Source: a virus (Duplodnaviria > Caudoviricetes). From it: a DNA stretch of 64,000 nucleotides. The translations under genes and the position numbers were made by a program. Every line of letters begins with the position of its first letter. Position 1 is the first letter of the stretch. This document shows, one piece after another, positions 40,859 to 51,274 of this stretch. The notes beneath the pieces are model-generated. The model did no database searches, was not told the origin of the DNA, and saw nothing but the letters and a program-made list of their open reading frames with translations. Location: the IMG/VR virus record IMGVR_UViG_3300017917_001798, positions 1,134-65,133 of that record; one strand, given 5' to 3'.

Positions 40859-41164
40859 ATGATAAAATTATATTTAGACGATATCCGCACTCCTAAAACA
40901 GAGGGGTGGGATATCGTTCGTAATTACGATGATTTCGTAGCGTGGATTGAATTAAATGGAATCCCTAATGAAGTATCCTTCGATCACGATTTGGGAGAAA
41001 ATACAGAAAAAACAGGTTATGACGCGGCTAAATGGCTAGGACAATATTGTATAGACAATGGCCTTCCACTCCCTAAACACAATGTCCACTCAGCAAATCC
41101 TGTTGGTAAGGCCAATATAGAAGCGTACCTTAATAATGTAATTAAACATCAAAATAAGTTATGA
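40859..41164 (+). CDS. Cyclic-phosphate-processing receiver-domain protein
   Basis: LYLDD.R, SFDHDLG, TGYD, HSANPVG. Confidence 0.8.
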   Translation: MIKLYLDDIRTPKTEGWDIVRNYDDFVAWIELNGIPNEVSFDHDLGENTEKTGYDAAKWLGQYCIDNGLPLPKHNVHSANPVGKANIEAYLNNVIKHQNKL

Positions 41165-42081
41165 AACAACATACTCTTTGGATTGAAAAATTTAGGTCTG
41201 AAACATTAGAACAGTACATTGGTAACGATGCTGTTAAAACTCGCATCGCTGATTGTATTTCTAAAAACGATATACCCCATTTTTTATTCGCTGGTAGCGC
41301 AGGAACAGGGAAAACTACCCTCGCGAAGTTAATAGTTAGGAATATCCAATGTGATTATCTCTATATTAACGCCAGCGATGAGAATGGAATTGATATTATT
41401 AGAGATAAAGTAAAAACATTTGCTTCTACCTCCACTTTTAAACCGCTTAAAGTAGTTATATTAGATGAAGCTGATTTCTTAACTCAACCAGCTCAAGCGG
41501 CATTACGTAATTTAATAGAAGAATACTCAATTACTACTCGATTTATACTTACTTGTAATTATATTGAACGTTTAATTGAACCTATTCAATCAAGATGTGA
41601 AATACATTTATTAAAGCCCCCATCTAAAGCAGATGTAGCTAGACACGTATGTACTAACATATTAGATGTAGAAAATATAGAATATAATATTAAAGATGTA
41701 GCATTACTTATTAATGAATATTATCCTGATGTTCGTTCTATTATTAAATATCTTCAAGCTGGTGTAAAAGATAATAAGTACGAATGGATATCATTAAATA
41801 CAGATTGGTTAGCTAATGTAGTAACAGTATTAAAATCAAGAGATGCTAAAGCATGGTATACTATTCGACAAATTGTAGCAAATGCTCAAGTTGATGATTT
41901 CCAAGTAGCTTATCGCTATATGTTTGATAATCTAAGCGAATTTAGTTATGGACACGATGCTGAATTATCAGTTATATTAGATGACTTTATATGGAGATCA
42001 GGTGTAGTACCTGATAAAGAAATTAACTTTGCTGCTGCTATATCTAAAATATTAGACACAATTAAAAAACAAATAATATAA
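41161..42081 (+). CDS. Clamp loader large subunit (RFC/gp44-like AAA+)
   Basis: LW.EKFR, GSAGTGKTT, NASDENG, LDEAD, QSRC. Confidence 0.95.
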   Translation: MKQHTLWIEKFRSETLEQYIGNDAVKTRIADCISKNDIPHFLFAGSAGTGKTTLAKLIVRNIQCDYLYINASDENGIDIIRDKVKTFASTSTFKPLKVVILDEADFLTQPAQAALRNLIEEYSITTRFILTCNYIERLIEPIQSRCEIHLLKPPSKADVARHVCTNILDVENIEYNIKDVALLINEYYPDVRSIIKYLQAGVKDNKYEWISLNTDWLANVVTVLKSRDAKAWYTIRQIVANAQVDDFQVAYRYMFDNLSEFSYGHDAELSVILDDFIWRSGVVPDKEINFAAAISKILDTIKKQII

Positions 42082-42311
42082 TGGAACAACCACAATTAAA
42101 CATCGGTTTAGATAAAACAACTGAAATAACATGTGATAGATGTTTAAACCCAACATTTAAACAGGTAGTATTACTTCGTAAAGCTTCTCGCTTTGTAACT
42201 GGAACAACACAAGATGCTCTTATTCCTATTCCTCTATTTGCATGTGATGTTTGCGGTCATATAAATGAGGATTTCTTACCTACTCAATTAAAAAATAAAG
42301 ATGAAGAATGA
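42081..42311 (+). CDS. Zn-ribbon hypothetical protein
   Basis: C..C...F...C..CGH. Confidence 0.75.
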   Translation: MEQPQLNIGLDKTTEITCDRCLNPTFKQVVLLRKASRFVTGTTQDALIPIPLFACDVCGHINEDFLPTQLKNKDEE

Positions 42312-42588
42312 TAATATTCTATTCAATATATTTGGTTTAAAAGAATTATTTAATATACAAAAACTAAAAATGACAAAACAACAATTAGAACAGGAAAACG
42401 AACAACTTAAAGCTCAAATAGCAGGTCTATCATTTAATTTAAAAACAACAGATGATAAAATAGCTATGTTTATGCAAGCTTTAGAAGCATACAAAGAAAG
42501 AACAACAGCTTTGGAAGACGAAATAAGATTACTTAGAGTAAATAATCAAGCAGCTAAACAATTTAACGATCAAGAAAGAAATTACTAA
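42301..42588 (+). CDS. Coiled-coil hypothetical protein
   Basis: Heptad pattern; true start may be internal. Confidence 0.65.
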   Translation: MKNDNILFNIFGLKELFNIQKLKMTKQQLEQENEQLKAQIAGLSFNLKTTDDKIAMFMQALEAYKERTTALEDEIRLLRVNNQAAKQFNDQERNY

Positions 42589-42968
42589 TGAATATATTTG
42601 ACCATATTAAAAATATTACTACAACTAAGGGTCCATACCTAGGTGATGAGGGATGGAATAATTGGATGGTCAATCGTTACCTAAGTATGGATCCTGATTA
42701 TTGTGAAGTTGTTAATTATGTTCAAAAGAATACTTGGCAAATGAAGGGAGAATTCTTATATAATTTATATAAAGATATCATCCCTAAACAATATAAGTAT
42801 CTTAAATACATTAAACCAACTAACAAAAAAGAATATAAGCTCGAAGATATAGAAGCAGTACAATTGTATTTTGAAATTTCTAAAAAAGAAGCTAAAGAAT
42901 ATATTGATATGCTACCTAAAGAGGAATTACAAACAATTAAACAACAAATATATGGCGTTTCTGATTAA
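42588..42968 (+). CDS. Clamp loader small subunit (gp62-like)
   Basis: F.....I, ..MVNRYLS, KY.KYIK, YF..S..EA.EY..L; near large subunit. Confidence 0.75.
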   Translation: MNIFDHIKNITTTKGPYLGDEGWNNWMVNRYLSMDPDYCEVVNYVQKNTWQMKGEFLYNLYKDIIPKQYKYLKYIKPTNKKEYKLEDIEAVQLYFEISKKEAKEYIDMLPKEELQTIKQQIYGVSD

Positions 42969-43215
42969 ATTTGTATTAGTACTAGTTGCTATGTTTTTAA
43001 CAGATGTATGTTGGACAATGTATTTTATTTATACAGAGCAACGTAAGTCTATTTTAGCTGGGCTTTGGGGTTCTGCTATTCTTCTGTTTGGGGCTGTAGT
43101 TACTCTTAACTATGTTGAAGATCATAGATTATTAATAGCAGCAGCAATAGGTTCATTTTTAGGAGTTGTTGCTACTATTGAATATAAAAAACGTAAAGAA
43201 AATAAAAATGGATAA
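42952..43215 (+). CDS. Small membrane protein
   Basis: Three hydrophobic segments; ATG 42952. Confidence 0.7.
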   Translation: MAFLIKFVLVLVAMFLTDVCWTMYFIYTEQRKSILAGLWGSAILLFGAVVTLNYVEDHRLLIAAAIGSFLGVVATIEYKKRKENKNG

Positions 43216-43528
43216 GTGCATTTTTCATCCTTGGGCTACTGACGAATGTGGTATTTGTTGGAAATGTAACGAGTTAAAAGAAAATACAATAATTAAAACA
43301 CAAATGGTAGAATATACAACCCCTAAATTAGATTCAATTGTTACATCTATTATAAAGCAATTTGTTAGTAGAGCAGAACAAGGTAAAACAAAGTACGGTG
43401 TTGATCTTGATCGTACAGATTTAACCTTGTTAGAATGGATTGAACATGCTAAACAAGAGCACATGGATGCTATCTTGTATTTAGAAAAAATTAAACAAGA
43501 GATCAGTGGCAAAGAAAAAATTATCTGA
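43208..43528 (+). CDS. Hypothetical protein (G..KYG..LDR.DL...W..HA.QE..D..LY)
   Basis: Motif reminiscent of all-alpha NTP pyrophosphatase-like phage proteins. Confidence 0.7.
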   Translation: MDKCIFHPWATDECGICWKCNELKENTIIKTQMVEYTTPKLDSIVTSIIKQFVSRAEQGKTKYGVDLDRTDLTLLEWIEHAKQEHMDAILYLEKIKQEISGKEKII

Positions 43529-44447
43529 GATTGAGCAACGGATCAAGAACTTCACTCCCCCAGAAATAAATTATGCACTTCATAGAAATGTATCCTACTC
43601 TCAGTTTTCAATGTGGTCTGCATGCCCACACAGATGGGCTTTAAAATACATAGAGAAAAAAGAACCATATACCGCTAGTATTCATACTGTATTTGGAACT
43701 GCCTTTCACGAAACATTACAAAAGTATATTGAAGTAATGTACAATGAAAGTGGAGCTGCCTCTGATAAGATGAATTTAATATCTTTATTCCAAGAGCGAT
43801 TTAGAGAAATATATGCAAAAGAATATAAAGCAGCAGGAACACACTTTACAAATGCTGAAGAAATGGGGGAGTTCTTTGATGACGCTTCGGCTATACTAAA
43901 CTGGATTCAAAAACGCAGAAATAAATTATTTACTATTAGAAAAGTAAAGTTATTAGGTATTGAAATACCTTTAGTATTAAAAATGACTAATAATGTTTAT
44001 TATCAAGCATTCATTGATTTCGTTTTATATGATGAAGAATTAAATAAAATTTACATATATGATATCAAAACATCCACGCGTGGTTGGTCTGACAAAGAGA
44101 AAAAAGACGAGGACAAAGTCGCACAAATCATCCTATACAAAGAATACTTCTCTAAACAATTTGGTATTGAAGTGGACTCTATTGAAGTTGAATTCTTTAT
44201 CGTTAAACGAAAAATATGGGAAGAATCAGAATACCCCATTCCACGTGTCCAAAGTTTTAAACCAGCTAGTGGAAAGAATAAACGATCACAAGCCACAGAA
44301 CGATTTAGAGAATTCATTGAAGATTGTTTTGATGAAGTTGGTAAACCCAAAATAAAGTCGTATATTAAGAATGTAGGTGAAAGTAGTTGCAAATGGTGCC
44401 CTTTTAATGATAAACCAGAGCTCTGTAACAAGAATGCATCTTCTTGA
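43506..44447 (+). CDS. PD-(D/E)XK nuclease (RecB/Cas4-like exonuclease)
   Basis: SYSQ...CP, FGT.FH, FID, IYDIKTS, Q..LY, C.WCPF...C. Confidence 0.85.
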   Translation: MAKKKLSEIEQRIKNFTPPEINYALHRNVSYSQFSMWSACPHRWALKYIEKKEPYTASIHTVFGTAFHETLQKYIEVMYNESGAASDKMNLISLFQERFREIYAKEYKAAGTHFTNAEEMGEFFDDASAILNWIQKRRNKLFTIRKVKLLGIEIPLVLKMTNNVYYQAFIDFVLYDEELNKIYIYDIKTSTRGWSDKEKKDEDKVAQIILYKEYFSKQFGIEVDSIEVEFFIVKRKIWEESEYPIPRVQSFKPASGKNKRSQATERFREFIEDCFDEVGKPKIKSYIKNVGESSCKWCPFNDKPELCNKNASS

Positions 44448-44482
44448 TTATAGTATATATTTATATCAAAATATAAATTATT

Positions 44483-44683
44483 ATGGCAAAATCAAACATG
44501 CAATTAACTAGTGTAAAAATCCCTGAGGATTTATTTGAAGATTTTAAAATCGCTTGTGTTAAGCACAAGTTTAGTGTTCAAAAATTAACAGAACGAGCTA
44601 TGTTTCTGTATTTAACAAATGATGAATTTAGAAAACAAATGCACAATCAATTAGACACAACATTAACAAAAACAGAAGAATAA
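44483..44683 (+). CDS. Small ribbon-helix-helix-like protein
   Basis: LTSVKI...LF..FK..C......QKL..R...LY; behind late motif. Confidence 0.65.
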   Translation: MAKSNMQLTSVKIPEDLFEDFKIACVKHKFSVQKLTERAMFLYLTNDEFRKQMHNQLDTTLTKTEE

Positions 44684-44691
44684 ACTAATTT

Positions 44692-46155
44692 ATGGTAAAA
44701 GAAGGTTATATTCCACAAGAACAACGTAAAAAGATCCTTTTAATGTGTGATGATATCAGAATGACTTCTGGTATATCCACAATGGCTAGAGAAATAGTTA
44801 TAGGAACTGCTCATCGATTCAATTGGGTAAACTTAGGTGGAGCTATCTCTCATCCTGATAAAGGTAAAAGATTTGATCTTAACAATGATACTAATGCGAA
44901 TGCTGGTATAAATGACGCTAGTGTGTACTTATACCCCATAGACGGATACGGAACACCAGACTTGATTAAACAAATGATTCAAATTGAAAAACCGGATGTT
45001 ATTATGATATTTACTGATCCAAGATACTGGATCTGGTTATTTCAAATTGAACAAGAAATAAGAAAACAAGTACCTATTGTTTATTTAAATATATGGGATG
45101 ATTTACCTTATCCAATGTATAACAAACCATATTACGAGTCATGTGATGCTTTGCTTGCAATAAGTAAACAAACTGAAAATATTAATAAAGTAGTATTAGG
45201 TCCTGAGTTAGCAGCTGAAAAAGTAATTAAATATGTTCCTCATGGAATTAATGAAAACTTCTTTTTTCCAATAAATAGTGAAAACACTGAGTATTTAACC
45301 TTACAAGAATTTAAAAAACAATTATATGGAGAAAAGACTTACGATTTTACTTTACTATATAATGCGCGTAACATTCGTCGTAAATCTGTACCTGATTTGA
45401 TGTTAGCATGGAAGATATTTATTGATAATCTTCCAAAAGACAAAGCAGAAAAATGTGCTTTAGTACTTCACACACAAATAAGAGATGAAAACGGTACTGA
45501 CTTACAAGCTGTAAAGGATATGTTATTTGGCAATTTACCTCAGTATAATATTATATTTGATGAAGGTAGATATCCAACAAACGTAATGAATTTACTTTAT
45601 AATGCTACTGATGGCTGTGTTTTAATTTCATCTAATGAAGGTTGGGGATTATCATTAACTGAAGCAATGATGTGTGGTAAACCAATTATAGCAACAGTAA
45701 CAGGCGGTATGCAAGATCAAATGCGTTTTGAAGATGAAGATGGTAATTGGATTAAGTTCACTGAAGAATTTGGTTCAAATCATAGAGGTAAGTATAAAAA
45801 ATGTGGCGACTGGGCATTTCCTGTATTTCCATCTAACTTATCATTAGTTGGATCTATACCTACACCTTACATATTTGATGATAGAGCTGAACCATTTCAT
45901 ATTGCTACTCAAATAGAAGCATTATATAAAACCAAAACTACAGCTCCGGAACTATATGAAAAATATTGCAAAGCAGCTCGTGAGTGGGTTACTTCAGATG
46001 AATCAATGATGTCAGCTAGATGGATGTCTAAAAACATAATTGACGGTGTTGAAGAAACATTAACTAAATGGCAACCAAGACATTTATTTGAATTAGTTCA
46101 AGTAGAACCTTTAGAACAACCAAAACACTTTATAAAACACGTTATATCAAAATAA
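44692..46155 (+). CDS. Glycosyltransferase (GT-B/GT4-like)
   Basis: VPHG, RNIRRK, EGWGLS..EAM..G.PII. Confidence 0.9.
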   Translation: MVKEGYIPQEQRKKILLMCDDIRMTSGISTMAREIVIGTAHRFNWVNLGGAISHPDKGKRFDLNNDTNANAGINDASVYLYPIDGYGTPDLIKQMIQIEKPDVIMIFTDPRYWIWLFQIEQEIRKQVPIVYLNIWDDLPYPMYNKPYYESCDALLAISKQTENINKVVLGPELAAEKVIKYVPHGINENFFFPINSENTEYLTLQEFKKQLYGEKTYDFTLLYNARNIRRKSVPDLMLAWKIFIDNLPKDKAEKCALVLHTQIRDENGTDLQAVKDMLFGNLPQYNIIFDEGRYPTNVMNLLYNATDGCVLISSNEGWGLSLTEAMMCGKPIIATVTGGMQDQMRFEDEDGNWIKFTEEFGSNHRGKYKKCGDWAFPVFPSNLSLVGSIPTPYIFDDRAEPFHIATQIEALYKTKTTAPELYEKYCKAAREWVTSDESMMSARWMSKNIIDGVEETLTKWQPRHLFELVQVEPLEQPKHFIKHVISK

Positions 46156-46156
46156 A

Positions 46157-47452
46157 ATGAAACCTTACTTAGTATTTTACGGTGCAGTAGACACATTTTC
46201 GGGTTATGGTAGTAGAGCAAGAGATTTAGTTAAATCATTAATTAAATCAAACAAATACGATATACAAATAATATCATGTAGATGGGGACAAACCCCAACC
46301 GGATTTCTCAAACCAGAAGATCCTGAACATAAACAAATAATAGACAGAATAATACCAGGACAATTAACAAGACAACCAGATGTTTGGATAATGAATACCA
46401 TTCCATCTGAAATGCAAAAAGTAGGTAAATATAATATTCTAATAACTGCTGGTATTGAAACAACATTATGTGATGTTAGTTGGATTGAAGGATGCAATAG
46501 AGCAGATTTAGTGCTTGCATCTTCCAACCACGCTAAGCAAGTATTTGAAGATAGTAAATTTGAAAAAAGAAATGCTCAAACACAACAAATAGAATCTATA
46601 ATTGGTTTAACAACACCTGTAGAAGTATTATTTGAAGGAATTGATACTAATATCTATCAAAAAATAGATGCCATAAATGAAAGTGAAGTGTGGAATGTTT
46701 TAGATGATATCAAAGAAGACTTTAACTTTCTATTTGTAGGACATTGGTTACAAGGTGATATAGGTCAAGATAGAAAAGACGTAGGTATGTTAATTAAGAC
46801 ATTTCTTGAAACTTTTAAGGGTAGAAAAATAAAACCTGGTCTTATTCTTAAAGTATCATCCGGTAACTATTCTATTATGGATAGAGAAAGTATATTGGAT
46901 AAGATTAGACAAATTGAAGAAGTAGTAGGAGATGATTTACCTAGTATTTATTTATTACATGGTGAATTATCTGACAGTGAAGTAAATGAATTATATAATC
47001 ATTCTAAAGTAAAAGCGCATGTATCATTTACTAAAGGTGAAGGATACGGTAGACCATTAATAGAAGCGTCTATTAGTCAGAAACCCGTTATAGCACCTAA
47101 TTGGAGTGGTCATATTGATTTCCTTCACCCTGAAATGTCTATTCTTCTCCCAGGACAAATAACACAAATTCATCCATCGGCTGCAGTAAAAGATATGCTA
47201 CTACCAGAATCAGGTTGGTTTACTGTTGATTATAAGAAAGCATCTGAGATATTAGAAGATGTTTATAAAAATTATAAAAAATATGTTGATGGGGCAAAAA
47301 GACAATCTTACCGTTCACGTACTGAATTTAATTTAGATAAAATGAGTGAACGTTTGATTAACATATTGGATGAGAAAGTTCCTAAACAAGTTCCATTAAA
47401 ATTACCTCAATTAAAGAAAATTGAATTACCTAAACTTAAAAAAGTAGAGTAA
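46157..47452 (+). CDS. Glycosyltransferase (GT-B/GT4-like)
   Basis: SGYG, FLFVG, RK, GEGYGRPLIEA...KPVIA..WSG..DF. Confidence 0.9.
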   Translation: MKPYLVFYGAVDTFSGYGSRARDLVKSLIKSNKYDIQIISCRWGQTPTGFLKPEDPEHKQIIDRIIPGQLTRQPDVWIMNTIPSEMQKVGKYNILITAGIETTLCDVSWIEGCNRADLVLASSNHAKQVFEDSKFEKRNAQTQQIESIIGLTTPVEVLFEGIDTNIYQKIDAINESEVWNVLDDIKEDFNFLFVGHWLQGDIGQDRKDVGMLIKTFLETFKGRKIKPGLILKVSSGNYSIMDRESILDKIRQIEEVVGDDLPSIYLLHGELSDSEVNELYNHSKVKAHVSFTKGEGYGRPLIEASISQKPVIAPNWSGHIDFLHPEMSILLPGQITQIHPSAAVKDMLLPESGWFTVDYKKASEILEDVYKNYKKYVDGAKRQSYRSRTEFNLDKMSERLINILDEKVPKQVPLKLPQLKKIELPKLKKVE

Positions 47453-47511
47453 GATGATGCAGACTAATACAGGAGCAATAATTTATACTTACCAAAACAA
47501 TACAGAAAACT

Positions 47512-47907
47512 ATGAAAGAATTATATACAGTATGTCCTAGATGTAATGGAAATGCTTGCCAGGAAGTATCTAATGACAAATTTACTATTTGGAGTTGTTT
47601 TGGATGTGGTTTCACATCCAATTCAACATCTACAGATGAAAATTTAGAAAATATTGAATCTGTAATGCCTCAACTATATAAAGATCTTAAATTTAAAGAT
47701 GAAAATGGTTATTATTGGTATCCAAATAGCGTAATGCTAGAAGATAAATCAATGGTGTTTGCTGATGGAAGATCAGTAGATGAATGGGCTTGGGCAGGTG
47801 TACAATCAAAAGATGGAAAAGCAGATATGTCTACTGTAAAGTATTTTGAAGAAAAAGATTTTATGGAGGCTTTAGATTATATAGGTTTCTTTGAAAAACA
47901 AAAATAA
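47512..47907 (+). CDS. Zn-finger hypothetical protein
   Basis: CPRC...C..CGF. Confidence 0.75.
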   Translation: MKELYTVCPRCNGNACQEVSNDKFTIWSCFGCGFTSNSTSTDENLENIESVMPQLYKDLKFKDENGYYWYPNSVMLEDKSMVFADGRSVDEWAWAGVQSKDGKADMSTVKYFEEKDFMEALDYIGFFEKQK

Positions 47908-47912
47908 CATTC

Positions 47913-48521
47913 ATGTCTACAATCAGTTATGCTATTACGGCATGTAATGAACATGTTGAATTAGACCGTTTATTAAATCAATTAGCTAGAAATATTCGTC
48001 GTGAAGATGAAATAGTAATACAATTAGATACAACAGCAACTCCTGAAGTAAAATATATAGTTGATAGTTGGTCTACTATGAAACGAGTTGATTTTCCTTT
48101 AAACAATGACTTTGCATCGTTTAAGAATAATCTTAAAAGTCACTGCACTAAAGATTATATCTTTCAGATCGATGCTGATGAATATTTATCAGATCAATTG
48201 ATGGGATGGTTACCTGCTATATTAGAGACAAACAATGAAGTTGAAATGTTTTCTGTTCCTCGTATTAATACAGTTGAAGGTTTAACTGAAGATCATATTA
48301 AACAATGGGGTTGGAATGTAAATGAAAATGGTTGGGTTAATTATCCTGATTACCAAAATCGTATATTTAAAAATAAACCTGAAATACATTGGGTAAATAA
48401 AGTACATGAGAAAATAATTGGCGCTAAAGTAATATCACAAATACCTTTTGAATTTGATTTAATACACCCTAAAACAATAGAAAGACAAGAAAAACAAAAC
48501 CAATTTTATGGAACTATATAA
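47913..48521 (+). CDS. Glycosyltransferase family 2
   Basis: YAI...NE, DF..FKN, IDADE, PDYQ.R, VHE. Confidence 0.9.
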   Translation: MSTISYAITACNEHVELDRLLNQLARNIRREDEIVIQLDTTATPEVKYIVDSWSTMKRVDFPLNNDFASFKNNLKSHCTKDYIFQIDADEYLSDQLMGWLPAILETNNEVEMFSVPRINTVEGLTEDHIKQWGWNVNENGWVNYPDYQNRIFKNKPEIHWVNKVHEKIIGAKVISQIPFEFDLIHPKTIERQEKQNQFYGTI

Positions 48522-49113
48522 AATAAAAAATTACTTTGAACCCAACAGGATATTAGACATAGGGGCTAATGTTGGTCAGTTCCATCAAATGTGTAGATAT
48601 AACTTTCCTGATAGTTATATCTTTTCAATTGAAGCTTCTGATGAATGTGCTCCTTATTTGAAAGCTATAACTGATAACTTTTATATTGGTTTATTAGCTA
48701 AAGATGATTTAGAATACAATTTTTATACTAATAAAGATAATCCTGTAAATACTGGAAATTCTATATATAAAGAATTAACAGATGTTTATAAAGATGATGT
48801 ACTTAAAATAGTAAAAAAAAGAGGTATTAAATTAGATGATTTATTTAAAAACAATGAAGAATTTGATTTAATTAAAATTGACACCCAAGGGTCAGAGTTA
48901 GATATTATCTCTGGAGGAATTAACATATGTAATAAAGCTAAAGGAATATTATTGGAAGTATCTATAAATGAATATAATGAAAATTCTCCTTTATATGGAG
49001 AAGTAATTCAATTTATGTTTAATTTAGGTTTTAAACCAGTGGAAATATTAGAAATACATAAAGTAGAGTCAGTAAATTTACATCAACAAGATATATTATT
49101 TATAAAACAATAA
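48508..49113 (+). CDS. FkbM-family methyltransferase
   Basis: LDIGANVG, LDD, IKIDTQGSE..I..G. Confidence 0.92.
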   Translation: MELYKIKNYFEPNRILDIGANVGQFHQMCRYNFPDSYIFSIEASDECAPYLKAITDNFYIGLLAKDDLEYNFYTNKDNPVNTGNSIYKELTDVYKDDVLKIVKKRGIKLDDLFKNNEEFDLIKIDTQGSELDIISGGINICNKAKGILLEVSINEYNENSPLYGEVIQFMFNLGFKPVEILEIHKVESVNLHQQDILFIKQ

Positions 49114-49114
49114 C

Positions 49115-50404
49115 ATGGTATTAAAAGAGAACATCCAAACATTATTAGGTAATCACGTATCACCTTACGTTTATAATGCTAAAAATTTTGAACCCGGCAA
49201 AACACCTGTTTATTATTCAGGCCCATATTGGGATAATAAAGAAACAGAAGCAGCTATGGATTCATTTCTAAATGGAAAATGGATTACAGCTGGTGAGAAA
49301 GTACATAAATTTGAAAGTGAATTTAGTAAAAGATTTAATACTAAACATTCTCATATGGTTAACTCAGGCAGTTCAGCTAATTTAATTTTAATTGCTGCTT
49401 TAAAAAGAAGATTCAACTGGAAAGATGGTGATGAAATTATTGTGTCTCCAGTAGGATTTGCTACTACTATCTCTGTATTGTATCAGAATAGATTAAAACC
49501 GGTATTTGTAGATATTGAATGGGATACATTGAATTTTGATATTAATCAAATTGAATCAAAGATAACATCTAATACAAAAGGAATATTTATCTCTCCTGTT
49601 CTAGGTAATCCTCCTGATATGGATGCTTTATCAGCAATAGCTGAAAAACACAATATTCTTTTAATTGGAGATAATTGTGATAGTTTAGGTAGCAGATGGA
49701 ATGGTAAATTATTAACTGACTACTATATAGCTTACTCTAACTCATTCTATCCAGCTCACCATATCTCAACGGGTGAAGGTGGTATGGTTTGTACTAATGA
49801 TGATGAACTAAAAAAGTTATTTGTTAGTTTATCATGGTGGGGAAGAGATTGTTATTGTGTGGGCTCAGCTAACTTATTATCTTGTGGTACCTGTGGAAAT
49901 AGATTTGATAAATGGTTAGAAAATTACGATGGTGTAATTGACCATAAGTATGTCTTTAGTGAGATGGGATATAACCTAAAACCTCTTGATTTACAAGGTG
50001 CTATTGGTTTAGTTCAATTAGATAAGTTGGATGAAATAGAAACAAATAGAAAACGCTCTAATGAAACTATATCTAAAATATTTACTGATGCAATACCTGG
50101 ATTGAGAACACCTGTTGTTTTAGAAAAAGCCCTCCCTTGTTGGTTTGGTACTCCTTTTATTTGTGAAGAAGAAGGATTAAAACATAAATTAGTAGCATAT
50201 CTAGAAGCAAATAAAATCCAAACTAGAAATTATTTTGCAGGTAATATTTTAATGCATCCTGGATATTCTAATTTAGATGATTATACTTTATATCCTGAAG
50301 CAAATAAAGTGTTAGATAAAGTATTTTTTATTGGAGCCGCTCCTCACTATACTGAACCCGTATTTGAATATATTAAAAATGTAGTAAATGGATTTACAAT
50401 CTAG
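49115..50404 (+). CDS. rfbH: CDP-4-keto-6-deoxyglucose 3-dehydratase-like (DegT family, His-type)
   Basis: VNSGSSAN, D.CD.LG, SFYPAHHISTGEGG (His at PLP-Lys position), WGRDCYC...TCG.RF, DHKY. Confidence 0.85.
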   Translation: MVLKENIQTLLGNHVSPYVYNAKNFEPGKTPVYYSGPYWDNKETEAAMDSFLNGKWITAGEKVHKFESEFSKRFNTKHSHMVNSGSSANLILIAALKRRFNWKDGDEIIVSPVGFATTISVLYQNRLKPVFVDIEWDTLNFDINQIESKITSNTKGIFISPVLGNPPDMDALSAIAEKHNILLIGDNCDSLGSRWNGKLLTDYYIAYSNSFYPAHHISTGEGGMVCTNDDELKKLFVSLSWWGRDCYCVGSANLLSCGTCGNRFDKWLENYDGVIDHKYVFSEMGYNLKPLDLQGAIGLVQLDKLDEIETNRKRSNETISKIFTDAIPGLRTPVVLEKALPCWFGTPFICEEEGLKHKLVAYLEANKIQTRNYFAGNILMHPGYSNLDDYTLYPEANKVLDKVFFIGAAPHYTEPVFEYIKNVVNGFTI

Positions 50405-50594
50405 TGTTAAAAAACAAGGTCAGTGGGTTACTCAAATAATCCACTTTATGGGAGGTGAAAAACGTACATTTGAAAACATAAACTCAGAATCTATTAAGCA
50501 AGGTCAATTTACAAAACTTCAAACTAAAGATGGTAGAATGATTTTAATTAATGATAAAAACGTATTATGCATAGAAGTATTCCCTCAATTGTAG
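50388..50594 (+). CDS. Small hypothetical protein
   Basis: 68-aa ORF overlapping neighbours. Confidence 0.65.
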   Translation: MDLQSSVKKQGQWVTQIIHFMGGEKRTFENINSESIKQGQFTKLQTKDGRMILINDKNVLCIEVFPQL

Positions 50595-51274
50595 TACTAG
50601 GAGATGGACTGTTGGGTTCTGAAATAATAAAACAAACGGGATGGGATTACATTTCAAGAAAGAAAGATGACTTTGATATAACCAAACCCGAAACATTTAG
50701 TAATTTTTTACATAAGTATGACACTATAATAAATTGCATTGCTAATACTAATACTTATTCTGTAGATCAACAAGCAATGAAGCAAACTAATTATTACGGA
50801 GTTGTAAATCTATCAGATTTTTGTTTAAAAAATAATATTAAATTAGTCCAAATATCATCTGATTATGTTTATGCCGAGTCAAATAGTTTTGCTAGTGAAT
50901 TAGATTTACCTTTAATATCACCAAATTGGTACACTTATTATAAAGTTATAACTGATGAATATGTTTCAAGTAATTCATTTGATTCTTTAATTTGTAGATG
51001 TTCATTTAAACCAAATCCATTTCCTTATGATTATGCTTGGGATGATGTAATTGGTAACTTTGATTCAGTAGATGTAATTGCTAGTTTAATTATTAAATTA
51101 ATAAATAAAAAAGCTACTGGTATATTTAATGTTGGAACAGAAGTAAAATCAATTTATAATTTAGCTTTACGTTCAAATCCAAATGTTCAACCTATTAAAT
51201 CACCAATCCATGTTCCTAAAAACATAACAATGGATTTAACTCGAATGAAAAATGTTATTGAAGGAATTAATTAA
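50567..51274 (+). CDS. dTDP-4-dehydrorhamnose reductase-like SDR
   Basis: LG.GLLG, INCIA.T, ISSDYV, Y...K. Confidence 0.8.
   Translation: MHRSIPSIVVLGDGLLGSEIIKQTGWDYISRKKDDFDITKPETFSNFLHKYDTIINCIANTNTYSVDQQAMKQTNYYGVVNLSDFCLKNNIKLVQISSDYVYAESNSFASELDLPLISPNWYTYYKVITDEYVSSNSFDSLICRCSFKPNPFPYDYAWDDVIGNFDSVDVIASLIIKLINKKATGIFNVGTEVKSIYNLALRSNPNVQPIKSPIHVPKNITMDLTRMKNVIEGIN

Noticed and set aside
44059-44355. 98-aa plus-strand ORF
   Set aside because: Nested out of frame in the nuclease gene; no independent support
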